This document shows positions 49,557 to 62,691 of a DNA stretch of 64,000 bases, in pieces. Within the stretch, counting starts at the first letter, position 1. Each line of letters starts with the position of its first letter. This DNA comes from Callorhinchus milii. Its lineage: Eukaryota. The DNA lies in the NCBI RefSeq assembly GCF_018977255.1, contig NW_024704743.1:66776001-66840000 (forward strand), given 5' to 3'. The notes beneath the pieces were generated by a model, which was not told the DNA's origin, did no database searches, and saw only the letters and a program-made list of their open reading frames with translations. A program made the translations under genes and the position numbers.

Positions 49557-50562
49557 TGTAAGTCAGTTAATTCTAATTGCTCTCTTTAACACCTGATAGT
49601 CACTTATCATTTTGAAAGATTTCCCCTCATTGACCCGAGACCTCAGGCACAGCAGGCTGCTTCTCCTGACATGTTTGGTGCCCTAAATGAAACGTCCATT
49701 TCTCTATCTGACACTTGAGACCTCAGTCAGCCCTCAGCCAGTGCTGGCTGCTTCCCGAAATATATTGTGTCCTGAAAGTCAGTGTATATTTTATCTGTCT
49801 GACGTGTGATGCCTCAGTCAGTTCAGATTGCCTCCCTGGTGACAGATGCCATAGGCCATTGTCAATGTTGACTGTTTCCTCTGACAAACGCTGCCAGCCC
49901 AGCCACTGCTGAGTATTTCCCTAATGAATGTCTTTGGCCACAATTGGTGCTGACTGCTTCCCACAACACTTTCCAGGCGTACTGTTGATAGTGAGGCTGT
50001 AGCCTTTAATCAGTGCTTTCTCTGGTGATGTTTGCCGTCTGTTTCCTTTAGATAGACATCCCAAAGCCTTGCCATGATTTATTTCCCTTGTGATGGATGC
50101 TCTTCTCCCTTGTTGGCCACTTCCTGTAACAATTAGTTTGTCAATACTGACAATACTGACAGTCCCGCACGTGCATCGCAAAATGGCAGATTGCACATCC
50201 ACTTTTCCTATTTGAAGAGGTGTCTGTGCAGATTTTGGCTAACATTTGCCACCACTTTGTTTTTCATGTTTCAATGTGCAGAAGGGGCTGATTTGAGGAC
50301 CTTCTGGTAAGGCTTAGTTTCTTCAGTTTAGTTCAACCAGCAAAGTCCAGATTCTAGAGAATCTTTGGATGTGTCAGGCTCCCTGCTTCCCGATCACGTC
50401 TTGATCTTTGGTGTGTACCCAGGGGACCCTGGAATTCAAATATGTGGAGTCTATTGGCATCACTGTAAACTGTCTGTGAGTGGTGGGAAATGCAGACTCA
50501 GACACTTTCATGAGTACATAATGACATCAAAATCTCTATGCTGTAGCTCAGTCCTGTAGTCT

Positions 50563-50885
50563 GAGTCCTGTAGCTCAGTGGTTAGAGCTCTCGCTTTGCA
50601 AGCGAGAGATCTGAGTTCAATTCCAGGCAGGGCGAAACCTTGGGCAAGTTTCCTTACTCCACACAGAGCCTAATAATAATCCCTCCAAAACCAAAAACAA
50701 TAATAAATTGGTCATTTTCAATCTACGACTGTTTGTGGGGCATTGCTGTGCGCAATTGGCTGCCGCGTTCGCCCACAAATATACAGTCAATTCACTTTAC
50801 AGTCTATTCTGTGAAGCGCTTTGGGACGTCCTCCCGACGTGAAAAGCGCTATATCAAATGCAAGGATTATTATTATTATTATTAT
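50563..50885 (+). mobile_element. Full-length young tRNA-headed SINE (Deu-like core, L2-like tail)
   Basis: A box TAGCTCAGTGG, anticodon-like arm CGCTTTGCAAGCG, B box GAGTTCAATTCC, core TTGCTGTGCGCAATTGGCTGCCGCGTT, (TTA)n tail. Confidence 0.9.
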
Positions 50886-53800
50886 ATGCGTTAAGTCTTG
50901 ATCTGATGCTTATTATAATAATAAGCATTGCATTTGATATAATGGTTTTCATATTGGGAGGATTTCTGAAAGCACTTCACAGGATTCACAGGAAGGGTCA
51001 TGACTTTATTTTCTAGGCTCACACAGCAGCCAATTTGTGCATAGCAATGTCTCACAAACAGGCACAAAGTGAATGATCATTTTTACCTGAGCAGTTGTGG
51101 AGCAGGTCAACAGGAGAAGTTCCCTTTTCGTTTTGAATAGTGATTTTTGAATCGTTTTGAATGGGATTGTATTGACCGACTGAACAGTTCAGTGCCTCAT
51201 CAAAAGGTGGCACCTGTGACATTGTCGAGCATCGCCAGCATTGTATTAGAGTGTCAGCCTAGACTATATGAGTTCAAGTCCCTATCTGGAGAATGAACAC
51301 AAAACCTTCTGAATTCGAAGTGAGAGTGCTCCCAACTGAGACAGACTGATATCCTATTATTTAAGAAGATTTATTTCCTATTTTTTTTTTAAAAAACTGT
51401 TTGAGTAGTTCATTGGTGTCCTCAAATAAGGTTCGCTGACTATTTTTCCAGCCCAGACCCAGGTTACAGTTTCTCGTGGTAGATAGCCTAGACTGTAGTT
51501 GATGTCCACCACTTCACCCAAGCAACACTTTTAGCTTCAAATCAATGCTTGTTGATTCTGGAGCAAACCAAGCTCCAGTCAATACTGAGTGAGAAACAGT
51601 GTGATACTAGCTCAGTTATAGCAGTGGAGTGGAACTTTGCAAATAGAATCTCCTAATTTAATGTTATCCTTGTTTGAACTTCAGCTCAAAGATTTCACTG
51701 CAGAGATCTCAGAATGGTAAGGTTCTTACAGATGCAATCCAGGAACCCTCAAATTGCCTTGGAGCTGCCCTCCTTGCGCTGGTCAACAGAACTCTCTCTG
51801 AGGCATGCACTCTGTCAGTGTTCCAAAAACAACAACAGCAAATTGCATTTTATAGTGCCTTTCATGTCAGGGGGATGCTCCAAGGCCCTGGACAGTGAAG
51901 TCAACTTTCAAAGTTGAGTTAAACTTGTATTTACCGAATAGGTAAATGTGAATTATGGAAGCAATTGCAGAGTAGATGAAAATATCACCGTAATTTCTAT
52001 TGCAATTCAAAATGAGATGTGCTAATTGAAAGGATTAAATCTATTACCAGATGACTCATTAGCTGCAGCTACCAACTTTGGGCAAACCTATTTGACCAAG
52101 TTGGAGAGAAGAACTGTTAACCTAAGGCAATGTTCAATTGGGACTTAATAATAATATTCCTTTCATTTGATATTGCACTTTATCATGTTAGCAAAACATC
52201 TCAGTTTTTCACAGGATTTATTGTAAAGTGCAGTCACTGTGTATTTTGGGAACAGTCAATGCAATGACCAATTTGCACACAGCAATGTTCCACAATTTTA
52301 TTTAGGGGATTGTTGGCCAGGACATCAGGAGAAACTCTCTTCTCCTTTTCAAATGCTGCCATTGAATCTTTGACGTCCACCTGGACAAGCAGATGGGATC
52401 TCAGTTTAATGTCTCATCCAAAGAACAACACCTCCAACAATGCAGCACATCCCCAGCACCGTGTTGGAGTGCCAACAAATTATATGGGTTTCAAGTCCTG
52501 TGAGGGTTAAACTCACAACCTTCTGATTCAGAGGCAACTTGTTGCCAAACAATCTGACTTAAACACTGATTGATTACTTCAGGAATGGAATATCTTACAA
52601 TGTAATAATTATCATATACCAATTGTTCACCACCATTGTGGCCTAATTTTTCCATTTTTGATCAGAGAAAGATTCTCTAAGGATCGTCCTGAAGAGTTGC
52701 ATCCTGCCACTTTAAGGGCAACTGATCTCTCAATAGAAATTGCAGCGATATCTTCATCTACTCTGTAATTACTTCCATGATCCAGTAGGATAGGTCTGCT
52801 GAACCCTTGTAGGCTAAAGACATTGATTTTCATTAACTGACAGGTATTTTATGGGTCTTAAGATTGGTACTTCACCTTTCTGGATTGATTGTCATCATGT
52901 TTCTTTCTGGTACTCTGCTCCTGTGGCGCTATTGATTTGAATGCATTATGCTTCGGTGAGTACTTTTACGATACACTGGCTATATTATATTCTGATACAA
53001 TTTGAACTAATTCTGATTGTATTTATTGCTGGGATTTATCACTGCTGAGGTTTTGCAACTGGTTATTTTCCCTCTTCCTTCTAATTGCCTCTTAATAACG
53101 ACTCTGTAGACCAATGAGCTAAGTGGAAACTATGATTTAGCAGAACATATTCTACCTATAATTGTACATGCCAATAATAATAATCCTTGAATTTGATATG
53201 GCACCTTTCACATCAGGAAGACATCTCAAAACTCTTCACAAGCTATACTCTAAAGTCGGGCGAATGTATATTTCCCAGGCAAATAATGCTTATTGGCGAT
53301 GTCAAAATAACAAATTCAATCAGAAAATCAAGATAATTGGGTGAAATGTTTGCTAGGAGTAAAATTTGGGGTCTGGCTCTGTATTCCTGCCATGTTTCAA
53401 AAATGTGCCATCATTTATCTGGTTAATATTCCTGCACTTGTTGACATTTCTTTTAGTTGATTTTTGGGTTTGGCTGAGAGATCCTGAATGTATTTTTGAG
53501 CAGTAACAGATACTTTGTCTACATTTGCTGATATGTAACATGACATATGCCTTATGCAGTTTATGGTAAATTAATAGATGATGTATGTTCCCCTTTAGGG
53601 GCCCAAACAGTACTTAATTTCACCTCTACCCATTTTGTTCACATTGTGTAAATCTCCATGTCTACTACAATAAATCATCGCAGTGCCTCTAACCAATCCA
53701 GAGCATCAGCGCTTGTCATGAGGCAGGCAGTGAGGTCCCTGGGTCATATATTCTCGACCAGAGACCTTTACATTCCCATGGCAACACTTCTTTAGTTGCA

Positions 53801-55367
53801 ACACTAAAACAAATCATTTTTTAAAATAAAATTCTGGCTTTCAGTGGCATAGCATGTTGAAGCACAAACAATCTGGCATAAAGTTGCACGGCTTTGGGTT
53901 AACTCTCCATTCTTCTGAGCTCCTGCAGTTGAGAAGTGCCAACACGGGGTCAAGTTTATGGCAAGTATGCTCATGTGCCCTTTGAAGTCACTTGAACTGA
54001 AGCAGACTGCGAACTTTGGATATTTTCTTTAATGGAGTCTAAATATGGGAACATTATTCTGTATACCCTACATAATGAGTCAGTGAAATGCTATTCAGTT
54101 GACCTTCTGGGGTGAAGAATGAGATATTTCATAACAGATTCACATTTGCCATCCATTCCTAAGGACTGGCCGTGGATCCTAGCACATTTTATTCAGTTTT
54201 TTTAAATGGTTGTCATTGTAATGGTCCGACTGTTTTCTCAATCAATGAACTTTCATTTCAATCATTATTTCTTCTCCCTCCCCTCAACAAGGTTTCGGCA
54301 TAATTATTGAGCCCAAAGAAATCTCACTTCCATTGTTGTTCACAGCAGCGGGGATTCGAGTTTGAATGCAGCTGAATATAGGATGCCATCCATCTCGGGG
54401 TACCTTGTAGCTGGTATCAAGGATCTAAATTAGCTCTCCACTGTCCTCCAAAAAGGAGGATATCTCTACTAATCTCTTTATTGCAGGAACATCAAACTCA
54501 GCTTCCTACTGATCCCACTCCTTCCATTGCAATGCTATGATCTGTGGATTAACCATTCAAGTGCAATCTTCAAATACTTCCATGTTTTTACCCTCCCTAC
54601 CTCAGAGATCCATCTGTCTTACCCTCTGCTCACTATCTCCACCCCACCTTGGCAATTTTTCAGCTCCATGTCAACCTGTTCAGAGCTTTGGGACATCCTC
54701 CCGATGTGAAAGGTGCTCTATAAATGTAATTTTCTTGTTGTTGTTGTCCGCTCTCTCCACTCAGCAGACTATTTTACGTCCCTTGCCTGGCCTGCCCCAT
54801 CATCGGCGGTCAGGCCTTCAGCCTCTCTGCCCCTAACCTTTGGAACTACACCCCACAGTCCCTTCGCTTTGCTCCCTCTCTTGCCTCCTTCAACCCCCTT
54901 CTCAGGTCTAAATTTTTGACTGTCCAGTGTCTTAGGACGTCCTCCCAACGTGAAAGGCTCTATACAAATGCAACTTGTTCTTGTTTCGTCCACAAATATA
55001 CAGTCAATTCACTTTACAGTATATTCTGTGAAGCGCTTTGAGACAAATTTGACAAGTTTTTTTTAAAAAATCAACAGGAAAATGAAAACATGCAACTTTT
55101 TTAATGATAATTCAGCAGTATTGTAGTTTGAAATTTAAAAAAAGAGGACTTGCTAGTGCATCCTCTCGTTAAAAGTGAGACATTTTTCCTTTTACTCATC
55201 CATCACTGTGAAAAACACAGAAAAGTTTTATGTTGGGTGTGATATTTTCGTATACTCTGAATTAAGATGTGTCCACGGTATACAGAGTTTGTACTAAACT
55301 AAAATACATAAAAAATACTCAGGCAAAACTACAGGTGTTACATTTCTAAATTATTCTCAGATATTAC

Positions 55368-55679
55368 ATAATAATAACAATAATCCTTGCATTTGATATA
55401 GCGTTTTTCACGTCTTCTAGACGTCTCAAAGCGCTTCACAGAATATACTGTAAAGTGAATTGACTGTATATTTGTGGGTGAAACACGGCAGCAATTGTAC
55501 ACAGCAGTGTCCCACAAACAGTTGTGGATTGAAGTGACCAATTCATTATTGGTTTTTTTTCTTGAGGGATTATTATCAGGCGTGTGGAGTAAGGAAACTT
55601 GCCCAAGGTTTCACCCTGCCGGGAATCGAACCCAGGACTCTAACTTGCGAGGCGAGTGCTCTAACCACTGAGCTACAGG
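55368..55679 (-). mobile_element. Full-length SINE copy
   Basis: Same head, core and tail, inverted. Confidence 0.87.
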
Positions 55680-55704
55680 GCATATTCAGAGAGAAGCAAA
55701 TAAA

Positions 55705-55805
55705 TGTGATACAATTACCTGTGAGGAACTTGAGTGCTACAGTGTATGTCCCTGTGATACAATTACCTGTGAGGAACTTGAGTGCTACAGTGTATGTCCC
55801 TGTGA
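55705..55805 (+). repeat. Perfect 48-bp tandem duplication
   Basis: TGTGATACAATTACCTGTGAGGAACTTGAGTGCTACAGTGTATGTCCC twice, followed by TGTGA. Confidence 0.92.
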
Positions 55806-58800
55806 CAAATTGCCAGCTTTATCAGTGTGCCATGCTATAAGTTGGACCCATATGATAGTCTTACAATGAAGATGGTTATTGGCTCTTGCCAATCTACGCC
55901 TAATGCTCTTTGGAAATAGGTAAGAAAAGTATGTCCCTCCAAGAGTTCACATTCAATTCCAGACACAGAGAAATTTCCACGAACAGGGTGACATGCATAT
56001 GTGAAACTATCAGTCTGCTTTAAGTGCCTTAAGTTAAGTGCTTTGAATCTTAAGCATAACCGATCTGTGTGGACTTTACCCAGAAAATGCTCTTCAATGA
56101 ACAAAAATATTCAGGTTATAGCCACAATCCTCCTAAACCAGCAGTCAAGTGCTGTGATACGAGAGCCAGTCATTGAATGCTGGACCGGATTTTTACATAA
56201 ATATACATGTTCATCTTTGCTGTAAAGCTATTGACTTCACTGCACTTTGTCAAGCCATTCACTCATGCATACCTATCTCACTGCTTCCACATAATAAGCC
56301 CAGCATAAGATTTCAATGGTTAGTGGGAAGTCTCTGGCCAATTTGCTTTTGTCTTTCTAATAGGTTTTCACTGATGTGCCAAGCTATATTAGTATTTATT
56401 AGATATTAAATCAATTCTGTCGAATAATAGGATAAATAATAGTTGGATTTCAATGGAAAATAAAAAGAGATAAAAGATTGTTTTTGTTTTCCTTCTTTAG
56501 TTTCTCAATAAACATCCAGACATCCAAGGTCTTGTTGTTCCCTATAAACATAATTGAACATAATACAATTCTGTCAAATCCTGTTTAAATACAACCTAGT
56601 TACAAAGCAGTTTTTCAAGCCATAAAGCCACTAAGACTATACACAGACTGGTGCAGTTTAGATTATAAAACAGATAAGTAAAAATAAACTAGTTTCTTAA
56701 CAGAGCCAGCAGCATGACACTGATGTGAAGACTGTGGACATATTCATCGATTTGGATACTTAACTAATATGTATTCACTGTTTCTGGTTGTGGGTCTCAC
56801 TGAATTTAATACAAATAATTAGCTTTCTGTTAAATTGTAAATATTCAGTGCCTGTGTATTAACTAAATTCAATACACATTTTAGTAGAGTACAATGTCCC
56901 ATATAATGGATATGTATTCATGTCAGATGAATGCACTTATCTGTGCGGTAAATTAATTCCAGATATGTGCCACAAGAAACCACTTTGCTATGATGTTTAA
57001 CAAATACAGTCATTCTCAATTAGGACTTTTTCAACACGGATCATTTCGTGTGATTGTAATATGTTTTTCTATGTATTTAAAATCATATCTCTATGCATAT
57101 TTGGAGTGACTGATTCCATTATTTATCATAATCACATTCCTTGTATAAACATTACTTGATATAACATAAACCCCTGAACAAACATGTCATAGTTGAATAG
57201 AAAGTTTCTGCTGAGTATATTTAATATAGCCCAAATCTGCTGCTTAAACAAATCTGTGGCAGAATTAAACTGCTATATACTCGAGAGACAAATTTTACTT
57301 GATTGCACATAAGTTATTCAGGGAAAATTTGGCTGAGATTGCAGCTCATGACCAAATTTGAGCAGTATATTATATCTTACGGGACTTTATTATTAGAGTT
57401 CCTTTCCTATGCAAGTTCTCCTTTGTATTTCTCAGGCCTGACATTCTGTCTAAACATTTGTAATGTTACTGAGAGAAAACTAATAAAACCTTGCCTTAAT
57501 CTCTTTGTGAAATTCTATAAGCCTTTTTTTCTTGTAAAAACCTCAAAGGGTGCTTAATTGACAGGTAGGATTTAGAGCAGTATAATTGTCCAATTTAAAT
57601 TCCATTGTTCATGATGTGTTTAAGCGCTCTGAGACGCCATCCGGCATGGAGGGCGCTATATAAATCCAAGTTGTTGTTATTGTTTTATTTCCAGTGCTGA
57701 TTTATGTGTCATATCATGGTCTATGGCAGAGGGATTGTCAAAAGAATCACCATATGTTCCTTTCAGGAAACTGACCTTTCTCCCATGTCTTCATCCATTA
57801 TCTACGGCTATCCTGCACAAAAAGTTAATTCAGCGTAGAAATTTTGTGATGGGGAAATTCTGGGTGCCATTAGCTGCCACATTTGACTATAAAATGCACA
57901 CTACACACTACATGGTGTAGTGTATAGTCAGTACACTGTACAGTAAAATCCTATGAAGTGCTTTGGGATGTCCTCCTGATGTGAAAGGCGCTATATCAAA
58001 TGTAATGCTGTTATCATTACTATTATTATCATGATTATTATTATCATTATTATTATTATTATTAACCCTACCTGTACTGGATGTGTGGAACCACATTGAA
58101 TATCCTCAATACTAATGGAATGAAGAATGTGAGAATTCTGAGAGTGAATTATTTCCTTGGGGAACCCACTTAAATTTAGGTAATCCGCTACCTTTCATTT
58201 CATCTGACAGACCAATGGTCATTTTTGTTTCCTCCAACGACTCCCATGCGAAATCCTAATGATTGCAAGATCACAAGATTGGTTTGGACGGAGAAGGCCC
58301 TTTCGGCCAAACTGATCTCATCCCTCCAGAATACCCAACCTACCATCCTCCCATCACAGAACAAAGCTGCCTTTTAAATGCAAGACTCAATCCATGACTG
58401 TTTGTGGGACACTCCTGTGCGCAATTGGCTGCCACTTTTCGCTCACAAAATACGCAGTCAATCCACTTTACTGTATCTTCTGTGAAGCACTTTGAGACGT
58501 CTCAAAGACGTGATAAGGCGCTATATCAAATCCAAGGATTATTATTGTTTTATTATTATAAATGAGTCTAGTATCCTGGCCTCAACCACCCTTCCTGGCA
58601 ATCTGTTTGAGTCATTAATTATGCTCTTGATAAAGACCAATTTCCTGGTATCTGTCCTGAAAATGCCCCTTACAAATCTAAGCTAATATCGTCTTGTTCT
58701 GATGTACTGTTTGGTACGTCATTGTTCTGTGTTTACTTTTTCAACTCAATTTAAAATGTTCTCCACCTCTATAAGATCACCTCTGAGCCATCAACTCTCA

Positions 58801-60011
58801 AGATTGTAGAGCCCTAGCTTGTCTAATCATAGCTCATTCTTTTAACACTGAGGATCTGGGGATTTAAACTCAACTAATTTAGCAAGATAGTTTGATGAAA
58901 ACAATGGCATTGTCTTTTAACAACCAAGATCAGACTGTCACTTTTTGAATAGTACTCAAAGTGGGTGAGCTTCGGGCAAAGATAGAAGAAAGCAACAACA
59001 GACAAGTTCAGGAATCAACACAAAGTCATGGAAACAACAACAACTTGCATTTATATAGCACTTTTCACACAATAATCGAGTCTTGCAGCTCTGTCCAATG
59101 GCGGGGTTGGATATCGAGCAAGGAGAAGGGGGAAGAGGAGGAGGTGACCACAGGTACGGTCAAAGAGGTAAGTCTTAAGGAATTTGCATGTTGGGGTGCG
59201 GATCTTGATAACAATCTTTGGGAGCCTGGCAAGGTTTCGGGCAGAGTTTAGTATAGCTTTGGATGAGTTGGGCCATATGGATAGTGGAGTTGTGGACACG
59301 TGAGGTGTGCAGTTGAGAAATCAAGCAGCTTTCTTGGCAGTGGTACACACAAACAAAGGCTTGTTCTCAAGAGGCTTAATATTAACCTGCAAAATGATAT
59401 TTCTGGCCAAGAACATCTACTGGTTCACATGACACCTCATTCATAGTCTTTTCACATACTACTGGCTTCACACTTCAATAGTGTGAAGCAGCTTGGTGAT
59501 ATCTGTATGACAGGTGGAAAAGTTGAAGTGCCTGCAATATCACCCTTCAGTTGTTTTAAGGACAAACTATCATCTTTTAATAACTACTGTTATTAAGAAT
59601 ACATAATACCATATCAATAACATAATCTGTGTGCGACAGAGGGTGACATTGAGAATTAAGGATACTATTAATTTCAGGTTTCTAATGTTTGTGGTTATTT
59701 TTGGGTCCTGTGTCGATATGTATATGATTATTCGATATTATTTGATCTATGCTTTTTTTACTGATGTTTGCATGTGAGGGCAAATGGTAGTAATGGTATT
59801 GTATTCTGCACTTTATGCAGGCAATAGTAAAATGCTTCTATCTTTGCAGCCCTGTTTAAAGTATAAGGACTTTCTAATGATTTATATAGAATGATATGGC
59901 ATGGAGACAGGCCGTCCAGCCCAATTAGTCTGTGCCAGTGTTTACATTTCACATGACACTCCACCTCTCCTATTCTCCTCTCCCAAACCTTTCTATTCCC
60001 TCCTCTCGCAT

Positions 60012-60060
60012 ATTATTATTATGATTATTATTATTATTATATTATTATTGTTATTGTTAT
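60012..60060. repeat. (TTA/TTG)n microsatellite; others at 24187-24206 (TC)n, 48567-48590 (GA)n and 58010-58063 (TTA/TCA)n
   Basis: Direct inspection. Confidence 0.85.
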
Positions 60061-60187
60061 TTGCAGTGAATGTAGAATGAACAGGAAGAGATTTTGAAAT
60101 ACGTATTTATATATGATATTTATACATGCTAGTTCTATATTTGTAATCATGACATTTTTTCTGTACCTTTCACAAAATGCTCTGAGG

Positions 60188-60891
60188 GATATGTATGCAA
60201 GTTGTTGATGTGAGTGCTTATAACTGAACCAGGTTGATACACATCAGCTGTGCTGTTTCCAACTTGTTTCCTACCTAAAGCGCTCTGAGATGCCGTCCGG
60301 CGTGGAGGGCGCTATATAAATCCAAGTTGTTGTTGTTGTTGTTGTCGATACAATATAACACTTTAACATGACATCATGTACTGTTTCCCAATGTTTATAT
60401 AACAAAATACTTCTGACCCTATGAACGGTGTCTCCTTTTTTCACATTAATGTAAACTTCTGTTGGATACTGTGCAAGGCTTTGACAAGGGTTTTGTTTTG
60501 TGACATAATAATCACTGTAAATAATAATTTTGTATTGAAACCACAGGAGAATATAATCCTGTGTTACATTGAGCTTGTATCTATACTCCAGATTTAGCTA
60601 CCTTTTGCCCTTTGCGTAGTGCGATGAGAGTTTGATACTTACATTTGATATCACCAAACCTGTATGTAATCTAAACATCTGGTTCAGTTCCCCGTTATAC
60701 TTATTAACAAACAGTCATGAAGTGAATGACACTGCGAAAATCCATCACTGACACAAGGTTTGAATCCACAATCTTCTGACTCAGACGAAAGTGACTGGTG
60801 AGATATGTATGCGAGTTGTTGATGTGAGTGCTTATAACTGAACCAGGTTGATACACATCAGCTGTGCTGTTACCAACTTGTCTCCTGCCTA
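60188..60891 (+). repeat. 90-bp direct repeats (60188-60277 and 60802-60891) flanking a short L2 tail plus other DNA
   Basis: The two copies differ at about 4 positions; L2 tail with (GTT)n at 60278-60345. Confidence 0.85.
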
Positions 60892-62691
60892 TAGAGATTT
60901 TCTCCTTTGAATATTTGAGTGCTACTGAACCAGCACAAAAAAAAGCAGGAGTTAAAGGGGCCCAAAAATAGCTAAAATACTAATCACAATCTTTAGATGT
61001 GAAATTTGAATTGTGGGAAATTTTCTAAAATCTAGTTGAGCTTTCTAGATATTTTTTCATTACGTTTAACAAAATAGACTTTTTTTCTTCCAGGAATAAA
61101 CAAGTGATGTCCGACAGGGAGGTGAGGGATTCAAAGTGGAGGGTTTGTCTGCAAAACCAAAAATAGCATAAGACATTACCCGAGCTCTTCAAAATCAAAG
61201 TAGATCGTGAAGGAAGCTCATGGTAAGTTTGAAACACAACATACGTGACAGATGCTAACAAAGAACATCCAAAAAAAAATTAACAATCTGGAAATTAGTT
61301 CCCAAGCATCCTTTGCAGCAGAGATCTGCCCGGTACGTATATTCTTCCCAATCTTGGACCCCTTTTTCTGCTCAGAAGGAAGCCCTTGTTCTAAGTTTAG
61401 TTCCTCTTGCATTTGAGGCCACGTTTTACACAAGCGATTGCCATATGCGACTGTGAGAACCGAATAATAAGGGACATAGAGGAAGTCTGCAAACTTAACA
61501 CATGGCTTTTGCAACAATCAGGCACAAGCACTCACAATAGCACCAGCAGCTGATTCAGAGGTTACTGACATGGGGTTTGATGTTGCAAAAACTTGAATAC
61601 TGTGTTATTCTTCACTTGAAAATATTCCAGTAATGTGCAGATACTGTTGTAACCATTTTGTGTATTTCTTCCTATATGTGCATTAATAGCAATCATCTGC
61701 AACATCTAACAAGTTTACAATTTTGCATTTGGCACAGTTAGAGGTCAAATGGCTTATTTTGGTTGTTTATAAGCACGCAAATTAAGAATTACTCACCAGC
61801 AAGGCGGCTGGCACTGCCTTGTACTGGTGTATGAACAAGCTATGTACAGATCTAGCATGTTTATGCTGAGAAAAGCCAGAAAGCTCTCTATTTGGAAAAT
61901 AAAACATTAAAAATAAATCCCTTCAGGCTGATTGCACATTTGTTTTCAGAACAGTATTTTATTACATTTGAACCTTTTTTCATCATTCTTACTTTAACCC
62001 CAAGTTATAACAAACTTTTTTTTCCCCGTTCCAGGCTGAAACTCGCATTAATACTGTGAGAGCAGTTCAACATTTAAAAAGATGTTTTTAATGCTAATGC
62101 TAATTTTAATTTAATTAATTTAATTTAATGCTAATTTTTGGTTCGAAACCCCCAGGAGTTTAGAATAATGAGATGTTGACCTTAAATTAAAACGTTTTGA
62201 AAATTGATGTTAAATTAAAACCTGTATACAGTGGTGAGGAGGAAATTAGATCACCACAGAATCAATATTAATGTTCTAATTAACAGAAAATGCTGGCATT
62301 GCGCAGTGGGTTTTATGCTCAGTCGGGAGTACGAACACACACAGAAACCTATAACAATGTTTGAGAGTATAGTGGCTGAAAGAGAATGAATTAAAGCTTT
62401 GGGTGAATGAAATGTTTCCATTTCAGTTGATTTTAAAATAGGATGTCAGCCTGGCTCAGGTGGTAGCTCTCTTGTCTCTGAGTCAGACGGTTGTGGATTG
62501 AAGCCCCACATCAGTGATGGGTTTCTGCATGCGTCAGACAATCAGCTTACCCAACAAATCTCAGACTTAAATTTATCGTCTTATCTGAAGGACAGCATCT
62601 CCAGCAATAATAATAATAATAATAATTGCGTTTGATATAGCGCCTTATCAATTCGTTGAGATGTCTCAAAGCGCTTCACAGAATATACTGT

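Noticed and set aside
50563..50636. tRNA-Ala(TGC)-like gene
   Set aside because: The acceptor stem does not close and the sequence runs straight into the SINE body with no Pol III terminator; it is a SINE head.
50640..50894. Recurrent ORF family MGKFPYST...KRYIKCKDYYYYY (also 4596, 23029, 44957, 55338, 63519)
   Set aside because: These are translations of SINE copies; the poly-Tyr is the (TTA)n tail. Not a gene family.
61218..61517. 99-aa minus-strand ORF
   Set aside because: No recognisable homology or convincing splice pair; it cannot be supported as a CDS, though it could belong to the putative decayed gene.
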